64,000 bases of DNA from Utricularia gibba (Eukaryota > Plantae > Magnoliophyta), in assembly GCA_002189035.1 (NCBI GenBank), contig NEEC01000010.1:1860001-1924000 (forward strand), written 5' to 3'. A program made the translations under genes and the position numbers. Shown piece after piece: positions 50,283-62,700 of the stretch (the first letter of the stretch is position 1; the number at the start of each line of letters is the position of its first letter). The notes beneath the pieces are model-generated. The model made no database searches and was not told the origin of the DNA. It saw only the letters and a program-made list of their open reading frames with translations.

Positions 50283-52906
50283 ATGAAAAATATGGGTAAT
50301 TTGAAGCAAGTTCTGAAAAGCATTGACGCATTCCCACGTACTGAGGAGCATTTGCTTCAGAAGACGAAATCTGGTGCCCTAGGTGTGTTGCTTATCATCA
50401 TCCATCTGTTTATTTAATTATTTTATCCACTGCATTGCGCTTCATCATTAAAGATCGTGAGAATCATGAACCTTCAGTGAAGTATCGAATTTCATTTGTT
50501 AACAAATAATAAGCATTTTAGTAGTATGATGTGGATTCTTTTGGGATTGAGTCCATCTCTAAACTTCGTCAAACGGATACTGAGTGATCAATTTCTTCAC
50601 AGTCATTTTTTTTCCCTTTCAGTCTCGATTATTGGACTGGTTGTCATGGCAACATTATTCGTACATGAGTTGACATATTATCTCTCAACGTACACTGTAC
50701 ACCAGGTGACTACCCTGATCTATTTGTTTTGTATAGTTTTGTGGGAAGGGACTGGGAATGATCTGTCATGTTTTTGATTGATGCAGATGGCAGTTGATTC
50801 AAAGCGTGGGGAAACACTTCCTATCCATATAAATATGACTTTCCCTTCTTTTCCTTGTGACGGTGAGTTGATTTTCTTTTTTCTTTTTAATATGTATGCG
50901 TCACCCTATCTCACAAAAATTCTTATAAATATTTTCCACTTCCTTTTACTACTTTCTTGTTAGCTTGCCTCTGTGTTCTTTTTTCTTCACGTTATCCTTC
51001 TGTCTACAGTTCTGAGCGTTGACGCAATTGATATGTCTGGGAAGCATGAAGTTGATCTTGACACAAATATATGGAAGGTTGTTTTGTTACACAAAATCTG
51101 CATTCTTCTCATTGAATAAATATGGCTTGATTTATCTGGCCCTATGAGCAAACAACTCCATTCTCGTCTGAACTTTTCCAAACATCCCACTCTTCTCTGT
51201 CTTCTTTTCATTTTTGAGCGTATTTTGAAAACGTGAATGTTTTCCTTTATTTAGCTCCGCTTAGACAGATACGGTCATATCATTGGCACGGAGTATTTGT
51301 CTGACCTCGTGGAGAAAGAACATGCTAATCATGGGCATGGTTAGTTCATCCTTCATGATTTTATATTGTCTGTCATGAGTATTGAACTTTCAATTTCATG
51401 AAAAGATCACCATGAAGACCATCATGAAGAATCAGAACATAAAGTTGCATTGGACAACGCTGCCGAAGAAATGATCAAGAAGGTGCATCAAGCATTAGGC
51501 AACGCTGAAGGTTGTCGGGTATGGTTTTCTCCATTATGCTTACCTCTATAGTTGTGTAATTTAATGAGAGTGAACGTTAGAATGTGTACCTGGGTTGTAA
51601 TAATTTATAAAAGAAGTACGTGGTAGCAAAAAAAAGCAGATGATGTCGGGTGACCCTGATTTTTATATATCTTCAGGCTATTTTAATACTTAAGCTCATC
51701 GCAGGTGTTTGGTGTTTTGGAAGTACAAAGGGTTGCTGGAAATTTTCACGTTTCTGTCCATGGACTCAACATTATCGTTGCCCAAAGGGTTGGTTGCTTA
51801 TTTTTAATTGAGCTTTCGTATTCCTGTTATGTTAGGTGTTCCCAAAAATGGCATTTTGGATCTTGGAAAGAAATGGCAGAAACTAATTTTCTCATCTGCA
51901 TAAAATTTAAATATCTGGATGACTTGCCCTTCAAATGCCAGATTCGAGCACTTGATGCATAATTATGTTTACATATTCTTTCAGATCTTTGAGGGCTCGT
52001 ATCATGTGAATGTTAGTCACATGATCCATGACTTGTCTTTTGGACCCAAGTATCCTGGCATACATAATCCTCTAGATGACACAGTCCGGATTTTGCGTGA
52101 AGCAAGTGGGACATTCAAGTACTATATCAAGGTTTTGGATTCCTTCATCTGTGTTTTGCTTGTGTTTTCGAAAAATTTGAGTGTTAATACCGTGCATCTC
52201 TCATTTAAATATTTGGGTATTTCATGCTGCTTTGAAAGTTTATGAATTTTTTATAGTAAATTCTGGGAAATGAAATATGTCGAGGCTACATAAAAGATAC
52301 ATACCTTTCACTAATAGCAGGATTGTAGCACCGTTATTATTATCTACAGTGAATATAACTTTGCCTTTTGTTGTTTGTGTTCTGAGTAACAATACATGCA
52401 CAATTTTATCCTCGCTTTCCTCTCATAATCTTGCTCATGAAATTTTCGCTATAGATTGTTCCAACTGAATACAAGTATATTTCAAAAGAAGTGTTGCCTA
52501 CGAACCAGTTTTCTGTCTCTGAATACTTTTCCCCCATAGATAAGGACTCCAAGTCATGGCCTGGTAATGCGCTTTGCATCAGAGTTTTCTTGTGTTATTC
52601 CCTTTATGTGTCACTAAGAGATGAATTCATTCTTTGCAGCGGTCTACTTTCTTTATGACTTGTCGCCCATCACCGTCACCATCCGTGAAGAGCGTCGCAG
52701 TTTCTTCCACTTCATTACACGCCTGTGTGCTGTACTCGGTGGCACTTTCGCCTTAACAGGTACGTACGTACTGAACAGGAAAAAATTATGGATTCAGCAA
52801 GTTCATTCCTTGGCTTCTTAATGTGTCAGGCATGCTAGACAGATGGACGTACAGGTTCATTGAAGCAATAACAAAACCAAAAACTCGGAGCAGCTTCCAC
52901 AGTTAA
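50283..52906 (+). CDS. ERGIC3: ER-Golgi intermediate compartment protein 3 / Erv41-Erv46 family COPII vesicle protein
   Basis: 11 exons (first 50283-50382, second 50623-50705, stop 52904-52906). LKSIDAFPRTEEHLLQKTKSGALVSIIG, KRGETLPIHINMTFPSFPCDVLSVDAIDMSGKHEVDL, EGCRVFGVLEVQRVAGNFHVS, NVSHMIHDLSFGPKYPGIHNPLD, FKYYIKIVPTEY, PAVYFLYDLSPITVTIREERRSFFHFITRLCAVLGGTFALTGMLDRW. Confidence 0.95.
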
Positions 52907-53851
52907 AACATCACGCCAAACCAAACGGACCGGATGAACTCCCAAGTATGGGGAACAGACGCTGTAACCGCACAGCTGTTGTTTCATTTCAGCCCACATC
53001 GTGTTCCTTGAGCTGTAAAATTTTGACGTCAGTGCTGCCCTGCCATGTTGTCTGCTGGAAATCTCAAAGTTGGATATTTCAGGATTTTTGAGTAACACCT
53101 CTTGCTTATGCTGTAATTCTTGACTAGTGTTTAACTGGCTTGCCCAAGGTAATTGAATCCTGAAGAAACGCCAAAGAACCAAATCATCCCCCCAGTTCTG
53201 CAGAGAAATATTCGGAGATTTCATGCTGCACTGCCTTTTAATCCTCCGAGGAGAGCGGCTATGCAAGCTTCAGTGAATAGATCAACCAACTTTCCCGTTT
53301 GCACCATTGGCAACTCCCCTGCTGTTGGGTCCAGCTTTCCTCTCTTTGGAGTTGGCCATGAGACATCATGGTGCTAGAATTAGAGGAAGAGAAGCAGATT
53401 CAGAGAACGAAGCGAAGGAAAAGGGAAGATGAGAGAAACTTGTTCAGTCCCTTGCACATTTAAACTAGGAATCCACTAAGGTGGGCCGTGGCAACCAACC
53501 GGGAGGCGGGAGCCTTCCCACTCAAAAGACAGCAGCCAACCTAAAAGGGTTTATGCACAATATGACAACTGGTTTAACGTGTGTTGGCGGATTGACCATT
53601 TGTGAAAGACACTCCATCACATTTTCTGTACCAAGCCTTCTGCTTTTCCCCATTTTCTGAGGCATGCGATCACGCTTTTTCAGGAAAAAGCAGCAAAGAG
53701 GTCGTCTTCCTTGATTTGTCAGCTGAAGCAAAGTTGAGAGTCGCCACTACAACGCTTTGCTTCTAAGAATCCACCGCTTTCGTTTTTCTTTTAAATCCTC
53801 CATTCCCTTGTGTGCATGTAACTCACCCCTTCCCTTGGCAGACTCTCAAAA

Positions 53852-56800
53852 ATGCAGCAGCAACGCTTACGGTTACAAGTTTTTGATCAGCAGGTAAGAT
53901 AACTGGTAACAGACATCTTGTGATTGATCTCTGTCATCACCTTTCAATATCCACTTCTTACAACCTCTGTTCTCCATCTCCCAGGTTGTCATGAACAATG
54001 GGATCCTCCGTGTGACCATCTCCAAACCACAGGGATTCGTAACTGCTATAAGTTACGGGAATATGGAGAACATCCTCGAGATCACGAACCCCGAATCTAA
54101 CAGAGGGTAAGATATGGTTAAACAGCAGGCATGCAAGATGAAATGTGTACCTCTTTGGAAGCCCTTTACAGAAATTCATTTGTGCAGATACTGGGACCTT
54201 AACTGGAGTCTAGCAGGAAGCTCCGGAACAAGGGGAACCTTTCAACTGTATGTTACAGGGGAAATGAATCCTGAACTAAAAACAAAGTTGCTAAACAAAA
54301 TCCATGGGTAAATCGCAGGATTCAGGGATCTATTTTTACCGTTGTGATGGAGACTGAAGATCAGATTGAGTTATCATTCGCCACAACTTGGGATGTTTCC
54401 TCGGAAGGCAAGCTTGTTCCACTGATCATTGACAAGAGGTGATTCTGGAACCATGCTTGTTGTTAGTTCATGTCACATATGATCATTATTGATGAAACTT
54501 GAAGTTTCAATCTCCCAGCTGATCCTTTCTTTGTATCACAACTAGGTTTGTATTGCTTCGTGGGTGCTCCGGGTTTTACTCTTATGCGATTTACGAGCAC
54601 CTGCAAGAGTGGCCTGGATTCAACTTGAATGAGACGAGGATCGTGTTCAGACTTCGGAAGGACAAGTTGAGCTTCTTCTGGTGATCCTGTTGCATTCATC
54701 ATGTTGGGAACTGATCCTGTGGAAATAAGTATAGGTTCAACTACATGGTCGTGGCTGATGATAGGCAAAGATTCATGCCATTACCGGAGGACAGGCTGCA
54801 AGGTCGGGGGCAGCCGCTGGACTTTCCTGAAGCAGTTCTTCTTGTCAATCCCATCGAGCCTGAATTCAAAGGGGAGGTGATATGCATACAATAACTAACC
54901 AGGCATTCCATCTGCAAGCGTTCTCAGATGATAGCAAAATTATGAGCTCTGTTCATATATAAATTGTAGGTAGATGACAAGTACCAGTATTCCGGTGACA
55001 ACGATGAAGTAAAAGTCCATGGGTGGATCAGCATGGACTCACATTCCACTGGATTCTGGCAAATCATGCCAAGTAATGAGTTCAGAACAGGAGGAACGTC
55101 AAAACAGGATCTTACATCCCACGTCGGTCCAATTACCCTTGCGGTGAGTAGCTGAGAAACACAGGAAAAGTTGAATCTACATCACTTGATAAATTCTAAC
55201 ATCAAATTCTTACATTTGATTAGATGTTTGTGAGCGCTCATTATGGAGGAGAAGACTTGGTGCTGAAGTTTGAACAAGGAGAGGCATGGAAGAAAGTCTT
55301 TGGCCCTGTTTTCATGTATCTTAATTCAGGAGATGATCATCTGTCCCTCTGGGAGGATGCAAAAAACCAGGTACACGAATCTACAACGAAACAGAAGCAC
55401 ACGTACTTGGAACACAAGAATTTAAACACTTGCCTGATGTCAAGGAAATTATTGACATAAGAAAAAGTGAAAAAAATTGTAGGCATCAATAGAAATGAAA
55501 AGCTGGCCTTACGACTTCCCGGCATCGGAGGACTTTCCGACATGGGATTTGAGGGGAACACTCGAAGGGAAGTTACTTGTTAGAGACAGGTTATGAACTT
55601 TCTTCTTCCAATACCTCCATACATGCATCTATTCAGTTACAGTTCATGATAAGTTAGTAATTAGATGTGAAACTGATGATGATATGGAAGCAAAGGGAGC
55701 CTACATTGGATTAGCTCCACCAGGAGCAGCTGGATCCTGGCAAACAGAAGGCAAGGTGTGGTGCTTCATGATTTATCTAGGGGGTCCAGCCCTTCACGCC
55801 AACATTTCCCTGTCACCTGTAATCAAGTTGACCAGCAGGATTATGAATCTAGGGATATCAGTTTTGGACAAGAGCGGACGAAGGTGGCAACTTTTCAATC
55901 AATAACATTATAAGTGGAACCTACAATCTCTATGCATGGATTCCTGGGTACCTTGGAGATTACATGCTGCAGGAATCAATCAGTATACCGCCTGGTTGTT
56001 CTTTTTCCTTTTCACATAGTATCTCACATAAGAAAGACTACTAATGTATTCAATTACATCATGATCAGGAAGCTGCATCGATGTGGATGAGCTTGTGTAT
56101 GAGAGCCCCAGAGACGGTCCGACAATATGGGAAATAGGGACACCTGATCGCTCTGCACTGGAATTCTATGTTCCGGATGCCAACCCAAATTACTACAATA
56201 AACTATACATCAACCATCCTCAAAGGTATAGTTCCAATGCCGAGCTCAATTATTTCGAAATATCCACCAACATTACAACATATTCAGGTTTAGACAATAT
56301 GGACTCTGGGAAAGATATTCAGAATTATACCCTGATAAGGATTTGGTCTATAAAATTGGAGAGAGTGACTTCACCAAAGACTGGTTCTTCGCTCACGTTA
56401 CCAGGTACAAGAGGAGGCCTTTCTATACCATGCTTTGTTACTCGAATTCCAAGATAAATGACAAAAACCTTGTGGGTTCCCAGAAAAGTTGATGAAAAAT
56501 CATACCGAGCTACAACATGGCAGATCAGGTTCAGACTCGACGAAATCAAGTCATCAGGAGGAAACTACAAACTGAGGGTCGCCATTGCATCTGCAAATCA
56601 AGCCGAACTGCAGGTGATTCACGGCAAATAAAAAAAAACACTAAAACAACTCAAACGCAATTGCATCTTTCTTTCACATTTGGGATTCAGGTCAGAGTGA
56701 ACGATGCAGCCCAAAACCCGCCACTTTTCACGACGGGCGTATTTGGGAAAGACAACGCAATCGCAAGGCACGGGATCCATGGGCTGCAACACCTGTTCAC

Positions 56801-56921
56801 CGTAGAGCTCCCCCCTGACTCACTCCTCCAAGGCTCCAACACTCTTTACTTCACGCAGGCCAACGCCACTACGGCGTTTCAGGGAATCATGTATGATTAC
56901 ATACGTCTCGAAGCCCCATAA
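53852..56921 (+). CDS. RGL: Rhamnogalacturonan (RG-I) lyase, polysaccharide lyase family 4
   Basis: 15 exons, in phase throughout. VVMNNGILRVTISKP, RGYWDLNW, KRFVLLRGCSGFYSYAIYEH, QRFMPLPEDR, KGEVDDKYQYS, GFWQIMPSNEFRTGG, MFVSAHYGG, SWPYDFPASEDFP, AYIGLAPPG, YESPRDGPTIWEIGTPDRSALEFYVP, DNAIARHGIHGL, QGIMYDYIRLEAP*. No signal peptide is evident; an additional upstream exon cannot be excluded. Confidence 0.95.
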
Positions 56922-57103
56922 TTGCATTGCATGTGTAATCACTTTATCCTTAGTTGTATAAAAAAAAGGAAAGGAACCCCTTTCCAAATGCACATTATTC
57001 ATATGCATGCTATACCTGAAAAATGGACTAAAAGAATTCAGGGATGAGAGAACACCGTGCAGCAAACCCGCTACATCAGCAAAGTACACTTTCTGAATTT
57101 TTA

Positions 57104-59007
57104 TCAGATTTTAATGGAGCAAAAGACATTTATAACGTCACTATGATTCCTGATGTATTTCGGGCATTTTGAAAGAATGTCCTGCGCTTCAGATATTCTT
57201 CCTGCAGCGATGTATTGCACCAGGAGCCGCACGTACAGGGATGTAGCCGGGATCCTTGATGACAAAGCCTTGGTGAATTCAACCGCTTCTTCAGCACTAC
57301 CTTTTGTCGACAGATAACTCACGAAGAAATCCAGACACGGTGGATAACCATGAGCCTTCATCATGCCCATGACACATAGAGCTTCTTTGAAATGCAGTTT
57401 ACTCAGAAGCTTGCTAGTCAATGTCTTGTAGGCAGTGTGAGATGGTTTAAGCCCTTTTTCATTAACCATCTCGGAAAGGAGGTTGTAACCTCGCAACGGT
57501 GTGCTTTTTGTGCAGAAAGTGCTTACTAACAATTCCAGAAGACGCCCACAACTAGTGGCTCCAGGTCCTTCTTTCTCTAACATTAATCGAAAACATTTGC
57601 ATGCTGCAGCCAGATTTCCTGATGCACAATAACCTTCAACTACAGACTGCCAGGTTCCGTGATCCCCAGGAGAATATTGGCCATTGTCTAATAGTTCTCC
57701 TGACTTATCTTGGCGACTAAGCGCGAATGCGAGATCATGGTTACCCCCGGAACTGCTGGAATAACCAGCTTCCTCCATTGCCGAAAGTATGGGATGCCAT
57801 TCTGTCCTTAATTTTCCAACGCTTGTCAAAGACTTGATAACAGCACTCAGTTGAGCATCAGTTAGGGGATTCCCACTGGCCGTGAAGCATCGTATGACCC
57901 TTTTAAACAATTCCATATCAAGTTCTTTACTCACTACAATCTTCTTCAAAAGGAAAGCACAATCTCGTGTTGAAGGTTTGTTCATCCCTGTCATTGCAAA
58001 TTCATACAGTTCCACAGCGTCGCTGATACCTTTTCTCTCAACAAAATGCTTGAGCAAGTGAAGATACGTCTCCTTTTCCAATTCATACCCTTTACTTCGC
58101 ATTTCATCACATAAACTCCAAAGTTTCTGGGTGTGATACTCTCTACCCAGGATTCTAGCTATCACATTATATGTTCTTTGATCATGAACAAAAGTGCCAC
58201 TCTCCTGAACCCACCTGAAGAAAATCAATGCCTTATTAGTCTCCGATTCAAGACCACCTAGCACCTTAACAACAAAACCTGTTGAAAACTCCACATTCAA
58301 GTCCTTTAATTTTTTTTCCACATGATCACCCCAAATTTCGCTCCGTATCAGCTCAGAAACGCCATTAGCAAGCTTATCCAGCGCCCTAACCCCATCTTTA
58401 TTCCCGCAACTTACTGAGCCAGAGGAGTACAAATTCATCAATTTCTCAACATCATCATCCAACCCGTCTCTCTGGAATTTCTCAAGTATTCTGTCATACG
58501 CACCTTTTGACACCCCGTATCCTTTACCTTTCATTAACTTAATCATCTCCCAGACGTCCTTCGCAACCCCATTGCTGCCTAATTTCCCAAGCATCCAATT
58601 GTAAGACTTGGAGCTCAATTTCTCGCAATGGTTACGCGAAACCCAATCAAAAACCCTTTTAGAGACATCAAGACCGGAATCGGAACTCTGTAAGAATCTC
58701 AAAACTAATTCTTGGCTTATGAAAACTTTTTTAAGCTCTAGTGCCTCCTTAATGTCTTCATCAGACCTCCCAACTTCAGCAAAAATATCATGTAACAGAG
58801 CCGTCTGATCCGATGCATCCTTCGTCGGTTCAACCACGACCTCGGGGAGGAGGAAAACTGGCGCAATGAAGAAAATGTCGCTCTCCGGTCCACTAGAGTC
58901 GTCCGTGGGCCTAAGACCAATGCTCTACAATGTTGTACCCGAGAAATGACACCCGAAGACGGCATTTGACGGCTAAGGAGAAGAAATCGCAGCCACCGAT
59001 CTCTCAT
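57104..59007 (-). CDS. P-class pentatricopeptide repeat protein, mitochondrial (resembles At3g02490/At5g15980); apparent 1-bp deletion at 58844-58847
   Basis: Intronless. An Arg/Ser-rich presequence MRDRWLRFLLLSRQ...SLRQFSSSP starts at ATG 59007, and a 577-codon ORF continues in another frame with PPR-type motifs (KLSSKSYNWMLGKLG, ETNKALIFFRWVQESGTFVHDQRTYNVIARILG, LLKKIVVSKELDMELF, SEAQDILSKCPKYIRNHSDVINVF). The Arabidopsis match is from memory. Confidence 0.9.
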
Positions 59008-59060
59008 CGTGGTAGTGCTCAACTTCACTTGAGACTGGACAAGAAGGGGGTTTTTGGGAG

Positions 59061-59140
59061 TAGGGTTTCTCCAAGGACAAGAGAGAAGGGGAAGAGGAAG
59101 AAATGCTGGCAACCAAATTCCTAAACTGCCCATGGGCCCA
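59061..59140 (-). promoter_or_regulatory. Telo-box plus site II module upstream of the PPR gene
   Basis: TAGGGTTT 59061-59068 (AAACCCTA on the - strand) and TGGGCCCA 59133-59140. The pairing is established for promoters of translation-machinery genes. Confidence 0.6.
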
Positions 59141-59768
59141 AATCCAAACAGAAGCGGGCTTTTTCATACAAGTAACAATAATGGGCTCGGCTTCCTTATG
59201 TAATGTTACATTTTCCTTTTGCAATGGTCCAACAAATGTTCGAACTTGTATACCATGTTTGATTTTATGTCAAATTTAGTAAAATAAACAATATCATGTT
59301 GGTAAATAAAAATGAAATAGTAAAAAATATAAAAAAATATAAATCATTAATAATATATTAAATATAATATTTTTATATAATAAAATTTTTTTGTATATTT
59401 GAACAATTCATTGAATCTTTAATTTAAACAAAATTGATATTTTATGCTTTTCAACTTACAAAACTATACAACAAAATAGTCTACAAATGAGTGACAACAG
59501 TCATTACAACATTTTTTTTTTTTGAAAAATGTTTTTTCTTTGATTATTACCGTGCATACAATGAAATTGGTTTTGCAATCAACTTGTTAGATGCGTTACA
59601 CGGATGCCGTCATCCAATGGACACACGGCACGGTGGTGACAAAAGGCTTGTGTTGGATTGTACGGCAATTTCCTAGGCTACAATTTTCCACGTCTTCGGG
59701 AGCTGCTGCAACACACTCCGGGGGAAGCAAAATGGGAACGTGTACACCGCCGTTCATGTGGTGTGCTG

Positions 59769-62700
59769 TTATTGACCATTCATCTGTATCATCTGCGATG
59801 GGGATTTCAGCAGCTTCTTCAGGGCGTCCACCACGGCGTCGAAGGACGGCCGTCGCGCCGGATCCCTGTGGATGGATCATTCATTCATTAGATTGTGAAA
59901 CGCAGTTAGCTGTGGAGGAGGATCATGCGTACTCTGCCCAGCAGGATTCCATCAGAGAAACCAGCGCCGGCGAGGTGTTGTCTGGAACTGCCAGCCTCCT
60001 GTTCTGGAAGGCAACGGCTCCCACAACCTTCAAGTTCATTACAGTCAAGAGGCGCGTATATGGAACAAAAAAAATGGGCAGTTCCGGAAAACTTACTTGG
60101 GCAGGGCTGAGTCCACTCCATGGCTGCTGCATGGTAATGAGCTCCCACAGGATCACTCCGAAGCTGAACACGTCGGACTTTTCATTGCTCGGCTCTCCAC
60201 GGAGGAATTCTGGGGCCATCCATTCCGGCTGGGGATACAGTACACGAATGAAGATGCATATGCTGATTATGGCATAGCAGGCATGGAGACTTACTGTTCC
60301 AGCAGCTGATTTCAGGGATATAAAGGTGCTTTCCTTGAATCTCGACAGGCCGAAATCGCATACCTAAACCATATTTTAGAGCTAAGCTTTTGAGATGCTG
60401 ATCAGAAAGGAGTCGGCTCCGATCCAAAAGCTGAGGAAAACTAACCTTCACACTCCAGTTCCTGTCCACCAATAAATTTGGTGACTTAAGGTCCCAATGG
60501 ACGATAGGTGGAGTAAGATGGTGAAGATAATTGATGCCCTTGGCCTAACCAAAAGGAGCTTTGATGAACAAGAGAACCAGATAAAGAGAGCAAGAAACAG
60601 AAAAGGAAGGTGAAGAAACACACCACATCCAGTGCCATCCTCAACCGTCTCCTCTTGTCGAGTATTTCACTGGATGCTGGAGAACGCATTATTCGGAACA
60701 GACTGCCTCTGGCCAACAACAGGTTGAAGACAGGGATAAGAATCACAAATACATGGACAGTGTCTATTTTCAAACACACCGTGGCAAATACTCTGTTACA
60801 ATGGAAAGGTGTGGGCGTTTTGTGACGGCTCCCATGAAGAGAACCACATTTGGATGGCGGACACGTTTCATGATGGTTACCTAACAAACATGGGAGAAAT
60901 CACATACCAAGAGGGCAAACGGCAGAATTTTCTGGGTTTTGCATACAAAAAAAGAAACCAACCCTGAAGTAAAAGCCATACCTCCCTTAAGAATTCCTTC
61001 AACTGATCATCATGAAAGTCTTGAAGATTCAAAAGCTTAACAGCTACATCCTGCATCACACAAAAATATTGAGTAAATGTTTTTGAGAAGGATTGGAACA
61101 CTTGAAAAGAAGTGGGCACATGAGAATGAAGGCAAAAGTATCCGCTGCAAAATACTTACACAGCCATGCCACTCAGCTCTGTGCACTGTGCCAAAGGATC
61201 CTAGTAAAAGGAAACCAGGCATATTATGGCTCAATATGGTGAAATAAAAAACACATAGAAGCTGAAAAAGGAAATTCTTGAGTACCAGCTCCAATACGTT
61301 CCTTGATATTAAGCTCGTCCCATGAGATCTCAACCAAATCCGTTACTAGAGAAGGTTCAACCTTTAAATATCTAGGAACAATGGCTCCAGTGTGCTTTTT
61401 GTGAGTCTTCATGTTGTGTTTGTATTTGGAATATGTTGCTTGAGTACTGCCTTGATTCAACACAGTGCCTCCAACAAAAATGATTTTTTTAGGTTAGTCT
61501 TACAAACACTCACATTGAATCCAAATAGAAACACCAGCTGAAGTATTTCAACAACAGGATAGTTTAGCTGAAAGAACTCATTTTAAAATTTGAAATTTCC
61601 ATGCAAGTATATTTTGTTGAAACTTACAGTAGAACCTGAACATAAAAATGAATTTTCTGAACTCGATTAAGAAAAAAAATGAAGGTCAAAGGAGTGGCAA
61701 TGAAATTTGGTATCCAAAGTAGGCCTTATATTATTTGAAAAATGCAAGTAGGGATACCTGATTGTGTAAGTTTGGAACTTCCACCCATCCCATTTAAATC
61801 AAAGAGTTGGAAACCAGTCTTCTTGAACAGATCTAGCTGAAACCCCCTTAGGTGTGATACTTGCCAAGGAGAGGTAACAGACACCGATGAAGTACCATTG
61901 ATTGATGAATCAGGGGGATAGAAGGTTCCTGGTTGCCCAATAAGATCAACTACATATTCCCTGCAAAAGCATGTGTATTATTTTAATGCAGTATAGTCCT
62001 ACAGTATGATAGCACATGAAGAACTTCCACCCACATTACTTGACTCCAGGAATCACCTGGTCTATGAGTAACTACTAATACTGAAAAATAGAATATAGGT
62101 CAAACCAAAAGTATCCAACCTGAAAGGTTTTCCTTCATCTTTAACTTGGATCAAGCATGAAGCTCGATGGTCTGACATACAGTATTTGCAACCTCTAGCG
62201 ATCCGGCAAGGCAACCCCACATGGTCGGCTAGTCTCTGAACAAATAAGTTTTCTGTTAGGATCATAATGACAAGGAGATTTCTCGATCCAAAATGCAAAT
62301 AAGAAAAGTTTTTTAGTCATGAAAAGGACACAAGAACACTAGATTATCTGCTAACCTTGAAAAGTAGTGCACGGTGTCTGCATAGTCCTGTGGACAGGTC
62401 ACCAATTGGGAGTACAACACATTTGTTCATATCCTTCAGCCGCTGGCTAACCAGTTTCCAGCATAAATTAAGTTCACCTTGCTCTTCAGGAAATGAACCC
62501 CTTAAATATGAATCAACAATGTAACATAGTCGTATGAAGAATCTCAATTCATGTTAAAAGCATAGATGTACCCCATAGAAACAGCAACAAGCTTTCCAAG
62601 CTTCTCGGCTAGATTAAGTGTACCCCCCAAGGGTGAGCACATCGCATGAGCTTTATCTTCAAGTTCACGAAGCTTCATGTCCTCACACTGATCAACAAGA

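Noticed and set aside
53150-53731. Short minus-strand ORFs and an acceptor site between ERGIC3 and the RG lyase
   Set aside because: The obvious splice join gives an immediate stop, and no motif is recognisable.
19549-56921. CGR2/3 + CSLC12 + ERGIC3 + RG lyase as a cell-wall biosynthetic gene cluster
   Set aside because: The genes act on different polymers, are interspersed with unrelated genes, and the order is adequately explained by ancestral synteny; there is no co-expression evidence.
59591-60277. 228-aa plus-strand ORF
   Set aside because: Antisense to the last kinase exons and their short introns; no recognisable domain.
60494-60505. HWD instead of HRD in the kinase catalytic loop as evidence of a pseudokinase
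   Set aside because: The catalytic Asp, VAVK Lys and DFG are intact, and HWDLK is what I recall for this Raf-like subclade.
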